Assembly: GCF_006345805.1 (NCBI RefSeq)
Contig: NC_043004.1
Location: 29,760,001-29,824,000 of the forward strand
Reading direction: 5' to 3'
Length of the DNA: 64,000 nucleotides
From: Octopus sinensis
Lineage: Eukaryota
Position numbers and translations under genes: made by a program. Under the pieces are notes generated by a model that saw only the letters and a list, made by a program, of their open reading frames with translations, was not told the origin of the DNA and ran no database searches. Numbering within the stretch: the first letter of the stretch is position 1; every line of letters starts with the position of its first letter. Shown here piece by piece: positions 23,560 through 37,228 of the stretch.

Positions 23560-25800
23560 GGGGCTGGCAGAAACATTAGCACATTGGTATTTCTTTCAGC
23601 TCTTTATATTCTGAGTTCAAATCCTGCCAAAGTCAACTCTGCCTTTTATCCCTTTGTGGGTCAATAAAATTAAGTACCAGTCAAGTACTGGGTCGATGTA
23701 ATTGACTTGCCTTCCTCCCCTCATAATTACTGGCCTTGCGCCCAAATCTGAAAGAATTGTTGTTGTTGTTGTTGTTACTATTATTACTATTATTATTATT
23801 GTTATTATTGTTATTATTATTATTATAAAGGTGGTGAGCTGGCAGAATTGTTAGCAAATCAGATAAAATCCTTTGTGATATTTCTTCCTGCTCTTTACAT
23901 TCTGAGTTCAAATACTGCTGAAGTCAACTTTGTCCTTCATTTTTTCATGGTCAATAAATAAAGTATCAGTCAAATATTGAGGTTGATGTAATTGGCTGGT
24001 CACCTCCCACGAAAATGTTACCAGCCTTGTGCCAAAAAGGAAAAACTGGCCTTGTATCAAGACTTGAAGCCATTATTATCAGAGTTAGTAAAGTAAACTA
24101 CCAATTATAAATGGGTGTTAATGGCATTGGCTAACAAACTCACTTAAATTTCAGACCTTGTGCCTTTGGTTGGTGAAAGAGAATGGCTCAGTGGTTAGAG
24201 CGTTGAGCTTACGATTGTAAGGTTGTGAGTTTGAATCCCGAACTGGGCTGCATGTTGTGTTCTTGAGCAAGGCACTTATTTCACATTGCTCCAGTTCACT
24301 CAGCTGTAGAAATGAGTTGCAACATCACAGGTGCCAAACTATATCGGCCTTTGCCTTTCCCTTGGACAACACTGGTGGCGCAGAGAGGGGATGCCAGTAT
24401 GAATGGGCAACTGCTGGTCTTCCATAAACAACCTTGCCTGGACTTGTGCCTGGGAAGGTAACTTTCTAGGTGCAAACCCATGGTCAGACATGACCGAAAG
24501 AGGTCTCAGCATCAGCCTTTGTTTGAGCATGAGACAAAATACCTTGTGGTATTTCTGCTATCTCTTTTAATTCTAATTTCAGATCTAGAAAAATCAACTT
24601 TGCTTTTTATTCATTTAGAGTTGATATAATAAAGTACCAGTTGAGTACTGAGGTCAACATTGACTAAATCCATTCCTTTCAAAGTTGTTGGCCTTACACC
24701 TAAATCAGAAACCATTATTTAGGATAATAAACTGGCATTGGCCTCATACCTAAATCAGAAACTATTATTTAGGATAATAAGCTGACAGCTGATAGAGAAT
24801 CAGAAAAATGCCTTGCATTTTTGTTCTGGTTCTTTACAGTTTGAATTCAAATCCTCTCATCCTTTTGGTGTCAATAAAACGAAGTACCAGCCAAGTACTT
24901 TGGTCAATGATGTTGGCTAACCTCCTCCAATCAAAATTTCTGGTATATCATTATTATTATTAAAGTGGTGTGTTGGCAGAATCATTAGTATGCTGGGCAA
25001 AATACTTAACAGCATTTCATCTGTCTTTATGTTCTGAGTTAAAATTCTGCCGAGGTCAACTTTCCCTGTCACCCTTTTGGGGGTCAATAAAATAAGTACC
25101 AGTTGAACACTGGGGTCAATGTAATCGAATCATCCCCTCCTCTAAAACTACTACCCTTGTGGAAAAATTTGAAGCCAGTATTATTATTATTGACCCCCTT
25201 ATATATTTTGAGTTCAAGTGCTGTTGAGGTGAGCTTGCTCTTCATCTTTTCAGGGTTAATAAAATGCATACCAGTTGAGCTCTGAAGTCAGTTCACTCGA
25301 CTTCACTCCTCCCCTTGTAATTGCTGGCCTTGTTCCAAAATTTGAAACAGTTATTTATTCTGAAGTTGGTGAGCTAGCAGAATCATTAGAACATTGGACA
25401 AAATGCTTATAAAGATTTCTTTTGGCTCTTTATGTTCTGGATTCAAATACTGTCATGGTGGACTTTGCCTCTCATCCATTCAGGGTTAAAGTAAAGTACC
25501 AGTGAAGTAATGGGATCGATGGAATCAACTAACTCCCCACTACTAAAATTTCATGCCTTATGCTAATAATAGAAAGGACCATCATCATTTTCATTAGTAA
25601 GGTGACAAGCTGGCAAAATCATTACCACATCAGGTGAAATGCTTAGTGGCATTTTGTCTGTCTTTATGTTCTGAGTTCAAGTTTCATCAAGGTTGGCTTT
25701 TCTCTTCATCCTTTTGGGGTGGATAAATTTAGTACCAGTTGAGCACTGTGGTAGCAATCGAGTTACTCTTCCTCCAAAATTATAAGCCTTGTACCAAAAT
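23560..25800 (+). repeat. Head-to-tail cluster of ~8 decayed family-A SINE copies, with one CORE-type SINE at 24170-24520
   Basis: Repeated B-box-like TTCTGAGTTCAAA and GTCAACTTTGCC...AAGTACCAG segments, separated by (ATT)n/(TTG)n tracts. Confidence 0.8.
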
Positions 25801-25987
25801 TTCAATTCATCATTATCATATTATTATTATTATTATTGGCATCACACATGGAGTCCACACCCAAATCATCAACTGGTGAGTTTCCTCTAATTTTGCTTTT
25901 CTTTTGCCATTTTCAGCAGCTGAAATTATAATTATTGATTTGCAGATGTATCCAGGTTTCTTCTGGAAAAATTTCTCCTTGTTTCAG

Positions 25988-26088
25988 TTATGGAATGGGC
26001 AGAAAGCCCATACTGAAAACATTTTTGGATATATATTTTCAATTAATTTTTTTTCACATGCTGGCCAGCACAAGTTTAAATGGAAGAG
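25988..26088 (+). CDS. Candidate internal exon (YGMGRKPILKTFLDIYFQLIFFHMLASTSLNGR or alternative frame)
   Basis: Acceptor aatttctccttgtttcag|, donor GAG|gtatta; two frames open; no homology recognised. Confidence 0.25.
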
Positions 26089-26299
26089 GTATTACTTTCC
26101 TTGTGCTCAAATGGTCCCAGTTACAGTAGTTGACCATGCTTGGCAGTCACCACACCCATTGACATTTGAAAAAGACCTACATACAATAACACCACCACCA
26201 ACCACAACAACAATGTCAACAGCCAAAATAAGACTGTTATTACAAGCATTCCGACAACAGTCATGAAACCAGCAACAACACCAACTACAATATTAGTAA

Positions 26300-27592
26300 T
26301 ACCAAAACCAACAACAAGAACAATAGCAGCAGTAATGACATCAGCAATAGTGATGAAAGATCAAAAAACAAGCTCAAAAGAAAAAGCTTCCTTCTATTCA
26401 CAAATATTACAAATTAGTGAATCATCCATTTCTTGAAAGGGAAAATGGAGGTCATTAAAAAAATATCAGAATGATATTCAACCTGACATCATGGCACACC
26501 CAGAAGAGGAAATGATTTGTACCAAGAAAAATGAATAATATGTAAGTATATTAATTGCAGAGAAAGCAAGCTATAATATCCTTCTCTAGGCAAAATAGAA
26601 AAATATCTGAATGAAGTGCGATCTTCTGTAGTTATATTTGCCAAGGAAGGTAAAATGGAACTGTGGTAGCTATCTGCCACAACAAACAGTAAGTGTGCAG
26701 GATGTAAAATGCTAGCAGGCACTCACTGCATTGTACCAGCTGGACAAAACCATTAGTGGGAAAACAACCCAAGATTTATACAGGGGCCTAGTTGAGAGTA
26801 TGAGTGACAATGGCCTAGGATTGATTCTGGGTATCAAATAAATTGTCTGAGTGGTCTCTCTGAAGGACTTTTGGGTCGGTGGTTATGGAAAATTTCCAAA
26901 AGTCTTTGGTATGGTAATACTACAGTGGGGTATTGCCTGTTTGAGGCAAGTTCTTCAGGTATGGAAGTGCCAACAATTGTATGTGCCTGAGATGTATGCA
27001 GGGAGATGAAACTGTCTTGCATGCAATCATTCTATGTCTGTGCATTAGAGACTTGTGGACTTGTGTTGCACTGCTGCTGTCTTGTGTTAGACAAATTCAG
27101 CTCTACACTGAGTGTATAGTGAAAATCGATGTACCCACTTCCTTTCGCAGAGAGGGAAGACTGTGGCAAAGAGGTTGTATGGTGGACATGTCTAAAAAAT
27201 TTGAAGATAGGTACTTCTCTATCTGGCCAAGCACTCATCAATTTCATTAAATATAATTTGAAGAGGAAGTTGAGAGTAGAGTGAGTGGTGGATCTACCCC
27301 AAGTATGCTTTTCTAAGTTGGAGGAAAGAAACTGGAAGAGGGCACTTCCCGTGTCTTGGGGATGGCAGAATAATCCAAGTCTTTTGCATAGGTTTTTATT
27401 CAAATTACTCTAATAGGACTGCCTCACTCTTGAGGATTCTATTTATTAATTATTTATTTCTCTAGCTTCTATTTATATATCCTTTGTTATACCCTTTAAT
27501 GTTGTAGCGTTCCTTTTGGTCAATGTAAACCCCGTTGTATCTTGTCTTTTGAAATTGTTCTCCATTTCTTAGCCCTTGTGGCCAATATAAGA
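26300..27592 (+). mobile_element. Degenerate Tx1/L1-clade retrotransposon 3' portion
   Basis: CLRCMQGDETVLHAIILCLCIRDLW (zf-RVT-like); 3' end TAGCCCTTGTGGCCAATATAAGA followed by (ATC)n. Confidence 0.65.
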
Positions 27593-27859
27593 CATCATCA
27601 TCATCATTCTCATCATCATCATCATCATCATTATTATTATTATTATTATTAGTAAGGTAAAATGCCTAGTGGCATTTTGTCTGTCTTTACATTCTGAGTT
27701 CAAATTCCACTGAGGTCGACTTTGCCTTTTGTCCTTTCATCTTTTCAGGGGTCGATAAAATAAGTTTCAGCTGAAAACTGGGTTCAATGTAATTGACTTA
27801 TTGCCTCCCTTGAACTTGTTGGCCTGGTGCCAAAATTTGAAACTGTTATTATTATTGTT

Positions 27860-29270
27860 TTACTTCTCAGAACACTCGGTCTTGTTTGTTCTAGTAGATT
27901 CTGAGAAAGCAGACAGCAGTCTGCTGTCAGAGGTCCCACAGGGTCTATTTCTGTACATTATAAGCTTTGATACTCGGTTATTAATTATTGTGGAAGACAT
28001 TCAACATCTATGTAGCAATCTCAAAATTCTAGCTGTCCCTAGCAGAGCAGTTTTTTGCACATGCTCTGCTCTCATGTTAATTCCGATTTCTTTGACATAT
28101 TTCTCGAACTCGGTTGTTAGTGCTCCTAGTGCCCCCTACAACTACTGGAATGACACACTCTCCTCATAGTCCACATTCTTGCAATTTTGTCTTTTAGTAG
28201 TCTGTATTTTTCTAATCTTTTCTAGCTCTTTGTCATTTATATATGCATTCCCAGGTATTACAATATCTGTAATCGTGGTTTCCTTTTTTCTTTATCTATC
28301 ACAACAATATCTGGTCTCTGAGCATCAATTAGGGAGTCACATTGGATTGTAAAATTCCACAGTGTCTTACATTCCTTGTTCTTAGTGACTCTTTCTGGTT
28401 CATGTTCGTACCATTTCCGTGTTCTGTTCAGGCTGTACTTTTCACATAACCTCCAGTAGATGAACTTAGCCACATATCATGCCTCGTTTTGTAGTGCTTT
28501 TGGACCAGCTTGCTACACTCACTCACAATGAGTGAGATTGTTTTGTTCTGCTGCCACACATCTTACAAAAGGGTGATTCACAACTCTTATCTATTTGGAA
28601 CTTGGTGTAATTAGTTTACAGAGCTTGTTCTTGAGCACCACATATCGGTGCCACAGTGCATCCTTTTAGATCACTTCTTAGCCATCTCTAAATGTTGATC
28701 TTGTCTTTTTCTTCGATTTCTCTGAGGTATTGCCCATGCAGTGATTTCATTTTCCAATTGTTTACTCTTTCTTCTTCATCTTGTTTCTTAAATGTTTGTG
28801 GGCACATCACATTTTCACTAGGTATTATATTGTTAATTCTAACAGCAGCAAGCAAGGATTCAGTCTGCTGTTTGATGTACCATCTCAGACTATTCTTCTC
28901 ATTGACAACACAGATCTTGCATCCTATGAGGCCTCTTCCTCCTCTGTTCTTAGGCACATACAGTCTGTCAGTATCACTTTTGGGGTGTAGTTCCTTATAA
29001 TTGTCATCATTTTTCTGGTTCTCCTGTCCATTTCCTCAAGTTTGTTCTTTGTCCAACTAATAACACCTGTGTCATATCACATTAAGGAAACAGCCCATGT
29101 GTTCATTGCTCTGATCTTGTTTTTCACATTGAGCCTACTTCCCATAATTAATTCGATTCTTGTGAGATATTCTCGCCTAAAGCTTTCCTTGGTTTCACTA
29201 TCCTTGACTTTATTGTATTCCAAGATCCCCAAATATTTATATCTATTGTTTTGGTGAGATCCTGACACCC
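27860..29270 (-). mobile_element. R4/Dong-like retrotransposon 3' portion (RT thumb, CCHC, RLE)
   Basis: YKYLGILE...SRLNVKNKIRAMNTWAVS; RGGRGLI; SLHGQY; WYEHEPERV...RPDIVVIDKE. Confidence 0.9.
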
Positions 29271-30466
29271 ATGTGGGATAGAAAGTGAACTGTCCTAAAC
29301 CTTATAAAGGTGTATGTGTACTGACAGTGCAAGGTACAGTGTGGTGTGTGTAGTTGCATTTGTGAAGGCAGTTGTTGAAGTCATTGAGAAGAGATATAAA
29401 TTTGTTACGTGTTTATTACGGATTTAGTTTTTGTTGCAGTGTAGTCTATATCGAAACTCAAGGATATGATAATCAATTAGTCTCAATATCCTTGATTTTC
29501 TCACTTTTGGTAGCTCTACACCATCAGACGACACTATTTTGCCACTTTGTATTTTTGTATTATTATTATTATCATTGTTGTTGTTGCTGTTGTTGTTGTT
29601 GTATTCACAGCTGCTGCTGATGATAAGGATGATGGTCGTGAGAATTAGGAGTGTCATAATATATAAATACATGCACGAAAAATATTCAGGAAGTAAAAAG
29701 GCACGTCTATTTCAGTCAATTGTTTATGCCCAACTGTTTGTGATAAGCGTCCAAGATTAACATTTTGACCTTGAAAATTTCTTTAGAAATATTTGAATTA
29801 TTGATGCCAGAATGGCTGTAATGAACAAAATTCCCACATTGACCAAACATCGGATATAAATATATGGCAAGACAGTAAGTAGTTTTAGGCTGTGGTACCT
29901 ATTTACTGCAAGATGGACTGGGCCATTGCTTGTTAAGTATTTTGTTGAAATCAGAAAACAGTGTTGGTGACAGGACATAAACCATAGACTGGTATCCTAG
30001 CAACTTAATCATTGTCAACTTCTTATACAAACTGTACACTCAAGCACACGAGTGTGCATGTGCACGCACGCACACACACTATCTCTCTCTGCCTGCTTCT
30101 CTCTCTCTATGTATATATATATATACATATATATATATTTTTATTGTGCATTCATTTTATGTATGTGTATAGATATTTTTTATTTATATGTGTATTTAAA
30201 AGCAAAAAATGAATAATCTGAGTAAAAACAATAATATATGAAGTAGATGCACATGTTAAGGCCTTTTTAAAGTGTCAGTATATTATTATCCTCCTCATCC
30301 TCCCCCTGCTGCTCCTCCCGCTCCTCCTCATTATTCTTATTACAATTAGTGTTGTTGTTGTTGTTATTATTATTCATATACACAAAACAGATAAGACCTT
30401 AGTCTGCTGGCTGTGGACAGCTGACACTTTCCATCATACCCAGCAAAATAAGCTGTGAGTTTACTC

Positions 30467-30529
<63 letters not shown>

Positions 30530-30554
30530 GATGATGATAATAATAATATTATTA

Positions 30555-31840
30555 TCTCACCCAGATATGGGCTGAGAGGAAGCTGTCTTTGAAAGGTCGA
30601 GCTGAGGTGGCGAATGCATACATCGCATCGGTCATCTATTATCATTTGACCATTGTCCCTTGTCCCAACTGCTGATTGACCAAGCTGGTGCTCTTACTCT
30701 TCCACTTTCTGTGGAAGTGGCAGGTACCTCTGGTCAGGTGCTCCATCTGCTGTCAGCAGCCGCTGAAGAGAAGCCTTGGCATGCTGTAGTTGCTGATGCA
30801 CAGACATGCACTCAGGCTACGGCATCTCAAGCGTTTCCTGAATGGTGAGCAGGTATGGTCACCATTCATAAGACTCGCCTTTCCACAGCTCATTCCTTTG
30901 ACTGAGCTGTAATCTTGGATCAAGCGTAGACTGAGAAAAGGCACTTGGTATCTTGAGTGCTGTCAAGCACTCACCGCCCTCCACCAGGCAGGCAATGCGA
31001 ACAGTAGTAGTTCCACTCTAGTGCTCTATAGTGGGTTAGTGGAGGAAAAGTGTGACGGTGTTCTTGGGGAAACTCTAGGTGCCGACGATGATCAACTAAG
31101 CAGTCTATTTGGGAGAACTTTCGAGCTGGGGCTCATGGATAACTTCCAAAAGTCTGGCAGTGCTACCAAGGGGCACTGCCTGTTTGGGATAAACTATACA
31201 GGTACGGAAGTGCTGTCAGCTGGGCCTGCCCAAGGTGCACTCAGAGAGATGAAACCATTCCACACACACTCATCCAGTGCCCGAGTATTGCTGACCTGTG
31301 GCTTCATGTTGAACAGTTGCTGTTGTGTGTAAGATGAATCTGGCTATCAGCTGAATCCATAGTGAAGATTGCCCTGCCAGCCTCCTTTAACTAGGAGGGG
31401 AAGGCAATTTTCATTTGTCTGGTGGCTGCAGCAAAAGAAGTGGTATTGTGGACCTGTTTGAAAGGGCTAAAGTCAGACACTTTCCCGTTTAGCCAAGGCC
31501 TCATCAACTTTTTCAAGTTCCACTTGGAAAGGAAGGTGAGAGTAGAGAGGGAAGTGTTGTCTTCTAGGAAATTTGTTGAAAGGTGGGTGAATGTAAAAAG
31601 GGGTATAAAAGGAGAAAGGGCTCTCGCCCTATTGACTAGGCACCCATGGCTTTTATGGGTTTTTTCCATGAGTAATCTTCAAAACGTCTCCCCCTGTTGG
31701 GAGTTTTTTACTTGTTATATTGTTATCTTCATTAGGAAATATTTACACAGACCTTTTTTTGCTAAACCCTTTTTGCTTATCGTCTTGTGTTGTCCTTTAA
31801 TGTTTTGATTTATATTAGCCCTAGTGGCCAATAAAAAGAA
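30555..31840 (+). mobile_element. Degenerate Tx1/L1-clade retrotransposon 3' portion
   Basis: AKEVVLWTCLKGL...FFKFHLERKVRVEREVLSSRKFVERW; same 3' terminus as 27570-27592; preceded by (AAT)n. Confidence 0.7.
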
Positions 31841-32565
31841 TTAATTAATGAATCATCATCATCATCATCATCATCACCACCACCACCCAACACACCAATT
31901 ACTACTGGTATTATAGTAGTACTAAGCTTCCACATTTTTGTGATTTCAATTTGCAGATATTTATAGGGAAAAAGCTTTTTGTATTCTTTTCATGAGACGT
32001 TTTGATTTTGTGGTACTGACATATCTATTAACAGACAAATTCCTCTGTTATAGTCTTTGATCACAATGTCTGGTTGATTGGAATCAATTTTTCTTTTTTT
32101 TATGCCACCAAAGTGACATTGGGGTACAAATATACAAAGTCCAGTATACCCATCATGATTAACCATAACATAAGGTTACACCAGGCATATGCATTACAAC
32201 CATATCAAGATAGGCAGCACATGACCTTACAGGTGGGGGCCCAGTTAGAATTTTCTTCAGATTGAGTAGCCCATCCCACTCAAAAGGGTTGTTTCAGGAT
32301 AATGAACAAAACACCCATGTTCCCCAGAGGTGAATTATTCAAACTCCAAAGAATTCCTCTCAACACATGGCTATGATGCTCCCCACTACTCCTTGTGGTC
32401 AGAGATTCACATATTATCAGCCACTAAGGAACATGCTCAACAGATTAAGGTCAAACAATTGACATGCAAGTCTGCAGTATTGAACAGAATATTTGCTGTA
32501 GCCCATCTTTTACACCAAGATAAAACATATGCATAATAACATTATTATTATTATTATCATTATTA

Positions 32566-32633
<68 letters not shown>

Positions 32634-33128
32634 GAGTGAGAGAGCAGTGCATACCATCAAAGTGACACTGGGGTAAAATATACGAAGCCCAGCATACCCA
32701 TCATGACTACCCGTCTGATAAGGGTACACCAGGCACATGCATCACAACCATATGTGCGCGGCATGGTGATCTTATATCAAGATAAACAGCACATGACCTT
32801 GCAGGTGGGGCCCAGTTAGAATTTTCTTCAGGTCGAGTAACCCATCCCACTCGAAAGGTCCCTGAATAAGGGTTGTTTAAGGATGTTGAACGAAACACCC
32901 ATGTTTCCAGAGGTGAATTATTCAAACCCCAAAGAATCCTTCTCAACACACGGCTATGATGCTCCCCCACTACTTCTGCTCGTGATCAGAGATGCACATA
33001 TCGCCAGCCACTAAGGGACATGCTCAACTGGTTAAGGTCAAACAACTGACAAGCAAATCTGTGGTATTGAGCAGAATATTTGCTGTAGCCCATCTTTTAT
33101 ACCAAGACAAAACAAAGTACATGTATTA

Positions 33129-33165
<37 letters not shown>

Positions 33166-33191
33166 CATTATTATTATTATTATTATTATTA

Positions 33192-33255
<64 letters not shown>

Positions 33256-33289
33256 ACTTTCAATTGTGTTTCCATTTCTTGCCAAGTTT

Positions 33290-33720
33290 CTTCTTGACAC
33301 CTAGAACAAAGAAACTTGTATACATTAACAGGCCATTAAACTAGACACATCAGATAGTTCATTTTCCAAATGAAAGGAAGTTTCATGAAAACATACATCA
33401 TTAATAAATACAAATAAAAATACATTGGTGGTAATTGCTCTCACATTGACAATGCTCCTGTCAACACATGTGACGTACTAGTTACAACAATCTTTTGCAC
33501 TTCTTGCTGGGATGTTAAACCAGGGATCATTCTCAAATATTTTCAGTTTCTTTTTTAACCATCCTTAGTGCTCCTACTATCACTGATATTGTAATTGCCT
33601 TAAGGTGCGACATGTTTTTCAATTTCAGTCAGCAAATCTTTATATTTTCTGAGCTTGCCAAATTCCTTTGCTGAGATATTTTGATCACAAGGAATACTCG
33701 TCAATCAATAAACAAACTTT
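33290..33720 (-). mobile_element. R4/Dong-like extreme 3' fragment
   Basis: QEVQKIVVTSTSHVLTGALS-like terminal motif; followed on the minus strand by a long (AAT)n at 33130-33255. Confidence 0.55.
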
Positions 33721-34129
33721 ATTGTTTTGGTCTTTCACAACAATATCCTGTTTATTAACTTTGATGGTTCATTCTGTATGTACTGGAAAATATTAATAAT
33801 GACAATAACAAAAATAACAACAACAACAATAACAATAATAAATGTGTTTTGTCTTGGTATAAAAGATGGGCTACAGCAAATATTTTGCTCAATACCACAG
33901 ATTTGCTTGTCAGTTGTTTGATCATAACAAATTGAGCATACCCCTTGGTGGCTGACAATATGTTCATCTCTGATCACAAGCAGAAGTAGTGGGGGAGCAT
34001 CACAGCCATGTGTTGAGAGGAAGTCTTTGCAGTTTGAATAATTCACCTCTGGAAAGATGGGTGTTTCATTCATCATCTGTAAACAACCCTCATGCAGAGA
34101 CCTTTTGAGTGGGATGGGCTACTCATCAT

Positions 34130-34680
34130 CATCATTATCATCAATTAGTGTCTGCTTTCCATGCTGGTATGCGTTGGATGGTTTGATTTAAAACTGGTAA
34201 GCTGGGGAACTGCACTAGGTTCTGATTTGATTTGGCAAAGTTTCTACAGCTGGATGCCTTTCCTAACACCAACCACTTCAAGAGTGTAGTGGGTGCTTTT
34301 TACATGCCACCAGCACAGGTGCCATTGACCTGACGCCAGCATCAGCCACAACTATGGTCTCACTTGGCTTGACAGGTCTACACAAGCACGGTATATTGCC
34401 AAAGGTCTCGGTCACCTGTCACTGCTTCCATAAGGCCTAATGCTCAAATAGTGCTTTTTACGTGCCATCAGCATGGGTGCCAGTCAGATAATACTGGCAA
34501 TTGGCTGCGACTACAATCTCACTTGCCCAATGATTGAAGGGTGCTTTTAATGGGCCAGTCATGCAACACTGACATCGGCTATGACTACAATCTCACTTGG
34601 CTTGACACCACTGCCTCTATGAGGTCCAACACTCAAACAGTGCTTTTTATGTGCCAGGCCCCACCTGCAACATCATGCAC
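34130..34680 (-). mobile_element. RTE 3' UTR-derived retroposon
   Basis: Reverse complement of the RTE tail with (GAT)n. Confidence 0.7.
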
Positions 34681-34697
34681 TGCTCTCTCACTCAATA

Positions 34698-34749
<52 letters not shown>

Positions 34750-34769
34750 GGATGATGATGATGATGATG

Positions 34770-34825
<56 letters not shown>

Positions 34826-36022
34826 CTGGAGCAAAGACAAGGAGCACAAGGGGGATACTGAAAGGTTGCAAGAACTGAAACAAACAGTAGTCTGTCCAAA
34901 ACAGGCTGAACTAATCATTTCAGTTAGGGAAGCGAAGGAAATTAGCAAAAGAATTAGCAACTAGAAGGCCCCAGAACCAGATGGAGTTCAAGACTACTGG
35001 ATCAAATGATTTGGTAAATGTCATGCATGAATAGCTGCGCAACTCAACACCTTGTTAAATGGCGACCAAGTAACACCAGAATGGTTGACATTGGGTAGGA
35101 CAGCACTGTGCCTGAAAAACATAGAAAAGGCAATACAGTAGACAATTACAGGCCGATATCCTGTTTGTCACTCATGTGGAAGTTACTGACTGGAATACTC
35201 ACAGAATCAATGTATGAACGTCTGGAAAAGAAATGGAGTCCTGCCACATGAGCAGAAGGGTTGCAAGCGTAAGTGCAGAGGTACCAAGGATCAACTCCTG
35301 ATAGACAAAACTGTACTTAGAGACTGCAAGAGGAGGAAAAGTAACTAAGCTATGTCATGGGTTGACTATCATAAGGTGTACAATATGATCCCACATTCTT
35401 GGATTACGGAATGTATGAACCTATTTGGTATTGCTAGGAATGTTGAGCGATTGCTTGGAAAAAGTATTGCAAATTGGAGGATGGACCTGACAGCAAACGG
35501 AAGAAGTTTAGGGACAGTAGAAATTAGGAAGGGCATGTTCCAAGGAGATTGCCTGTCCCCACTGATCTTTGTACTGTGCTTGATACCACTAACACTGATT
35601 CTGAGGAAAGCAAAAGCTGGCTATGTATTCAAAAGCCACCAACTAAACATCAACCATTTGTTATTCATGGATGACCTCAAACTTTATGGTAAACATGAAG
35701 CCCAAGTCAGTTCCCTCGTTGATACAGTGTATACCTTCAGTGCTGATATCAGAATGGAGTTTGGACTAAGAAAGTGTGGTGTGTTAGTCTTGAAGAGAGG
35801 CAAAATCAAATGTATGGACAGGCTAACAATACCGTCGGGGGAGGTTATGAAGCAGATACAAGAGATGGGCTATAAGTACTTGGGGATACTGGAAATGGAT
35901 AAATTGATGGAGAAAGAAATCACAGAAAAATTTAAGGTGGAGTACTTGCACAGGCTGAGACTGATCCTTAAGTCGAAATTAAATGGACGGAATAAGATCG
36001 AAGCATTCAATACTGATAGAAT
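34826..36022 (+). mobile_element. R4/Dong-like reverse transcriptase fragment (ORF 35352-36077, 241 aa)
   Basis: [54 protein letters not shown] and YKYLGILE; upstream stops and frameshifts; starts directly after (AAT)n. Confidence 0.92.
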
Positions 36023-36285
36023 ATATATATATAAAATATTTTTAAAGTCATCAAATAAGATCACCAAGCATCTTTAAATGTTTTGTAATGTCCTGTTTTG
36101 TCCTTTCGAATGTAAATATTCATCATAAAGAATCATCTCTTAGGTATATACCATTGACAAGAGTTTAAAAACTTGAAACATTGATGTCTGAGATTCTTGA
36201 TAGATGGCATCTGAACAAACCTAAATTTTGCTTATGCCTAAACACTGCTTGGTGCTAACATTTCCATACATATATATATATATAT

Positions 36286-37228
36286 CAAACTAAGGTTATA
36301 GAACAAACAAATGCAAGGTCATCCGCATAACACTTCATAATTCGAACATTTAATCATAGAATATACATATAAACATCCCGCAAGATGGAACATAATTCAT
36401 CTGTACAAGCATATAAGCATACAAGCATATAATAAGGTGCGAGAAAAAAGTTCATCACGGTTTAGAGTTAATACTTTAGCGATTCAGAAAAATACATTTT
36501 TTTAAAAAACATTACAACACCTAGAAAGTAAAAATATAATATAAAGTAATATATAAAAATATATAGGTATATAAAAATATATAAAATATATATATATATT
36601 TCTTTCTTTTGGGCTTATCCGAGCATGAATGCTTCAATAGGAAAGCACACAACATTGTGCTAGCCTGGTATGCGATGATGTCTGTCTTTCTGTATTTTTT
36701 CCCCTGACGAAGGAGGTATTATCTTGATGCACCCTAGTGCTTTAAACATAATAATACACCCCTGAAATGGCCATAGGGATTAAGAAAATATGGTTTCCTC
36801 TTTTTTAACTATAAGGCTTCTCTTACTTGAATAATAATTTTATAAGATTTCTAAACGATGAACTTTTATTTTATTTACATGATATATATTATATATTTTT
36901 TATATGCTTCTTAAATATATATATATATTTTATATATTTTTATATACCTATATATCTTTATATATTACTTTATATTATATTTTTACTTTCTAGGTGCTGT
37001 AATGTTTTTTAAAAAAATGTATTTTTCTGAATCGCTAAAGTATTAACTCTAAACCGTGATGAACTTTTTTCTCGCACCTTATTATATGCTTGTATGCTTA
37101 TATGCTTGTACAGATGAATTATGTTCCATCTTGCAGGATGTTTATATGTATATTCTATGATTAAATGTTCGAATTATGAAGTGTTATGCGGATGACCTTG
37201 CATTTGTTTGTTCTATAACCTTAGTTTG
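36286..37228. repeat. Long inverted repeat (~315-bp arms 36286-36600 and 36914-37228), Penelope-type inverted pLTR arrangement
   Basis: CAAACTAAGGTTATAGAAC...ATATATATT is the near-exact reverse complement of AATATATAT...GTTCTATAACCTTAGTTTG. Confidence 0.93.
36700..36779 (+). ncRNA. Minimal type-I hammerhead ribozyme motif
   Basis: TCCC / CTGACGA / AGGAGGTATT...AATACACCCCT / GAAA / TGGCCA palindrome / AUA triplet / GGGA. Confidence 0.72.

Noticed and set aside
24170-24260. tRNA-like sequence (also at 22660-22732, 39160-39225 and 62480-62530)
   Set aside because: A/B boxes are present, but there is no complete cloverleaf and each continues into a SINE body; these are SINE heads, not tRNA genes
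29757-29990. Exon-like unique segment
   Set aside because: Candidate splice sites give stops, a 14-nt intron or a phase mismatch with neighbouring candidates
35352-36077. 241-aa RT ORF as an active or domesticated gene
   Set aside because: Upstream stops and frameshifts, a degenerate motif (YNMIPH) and 3' truncation; an ordinary dead R4/Dong fragment
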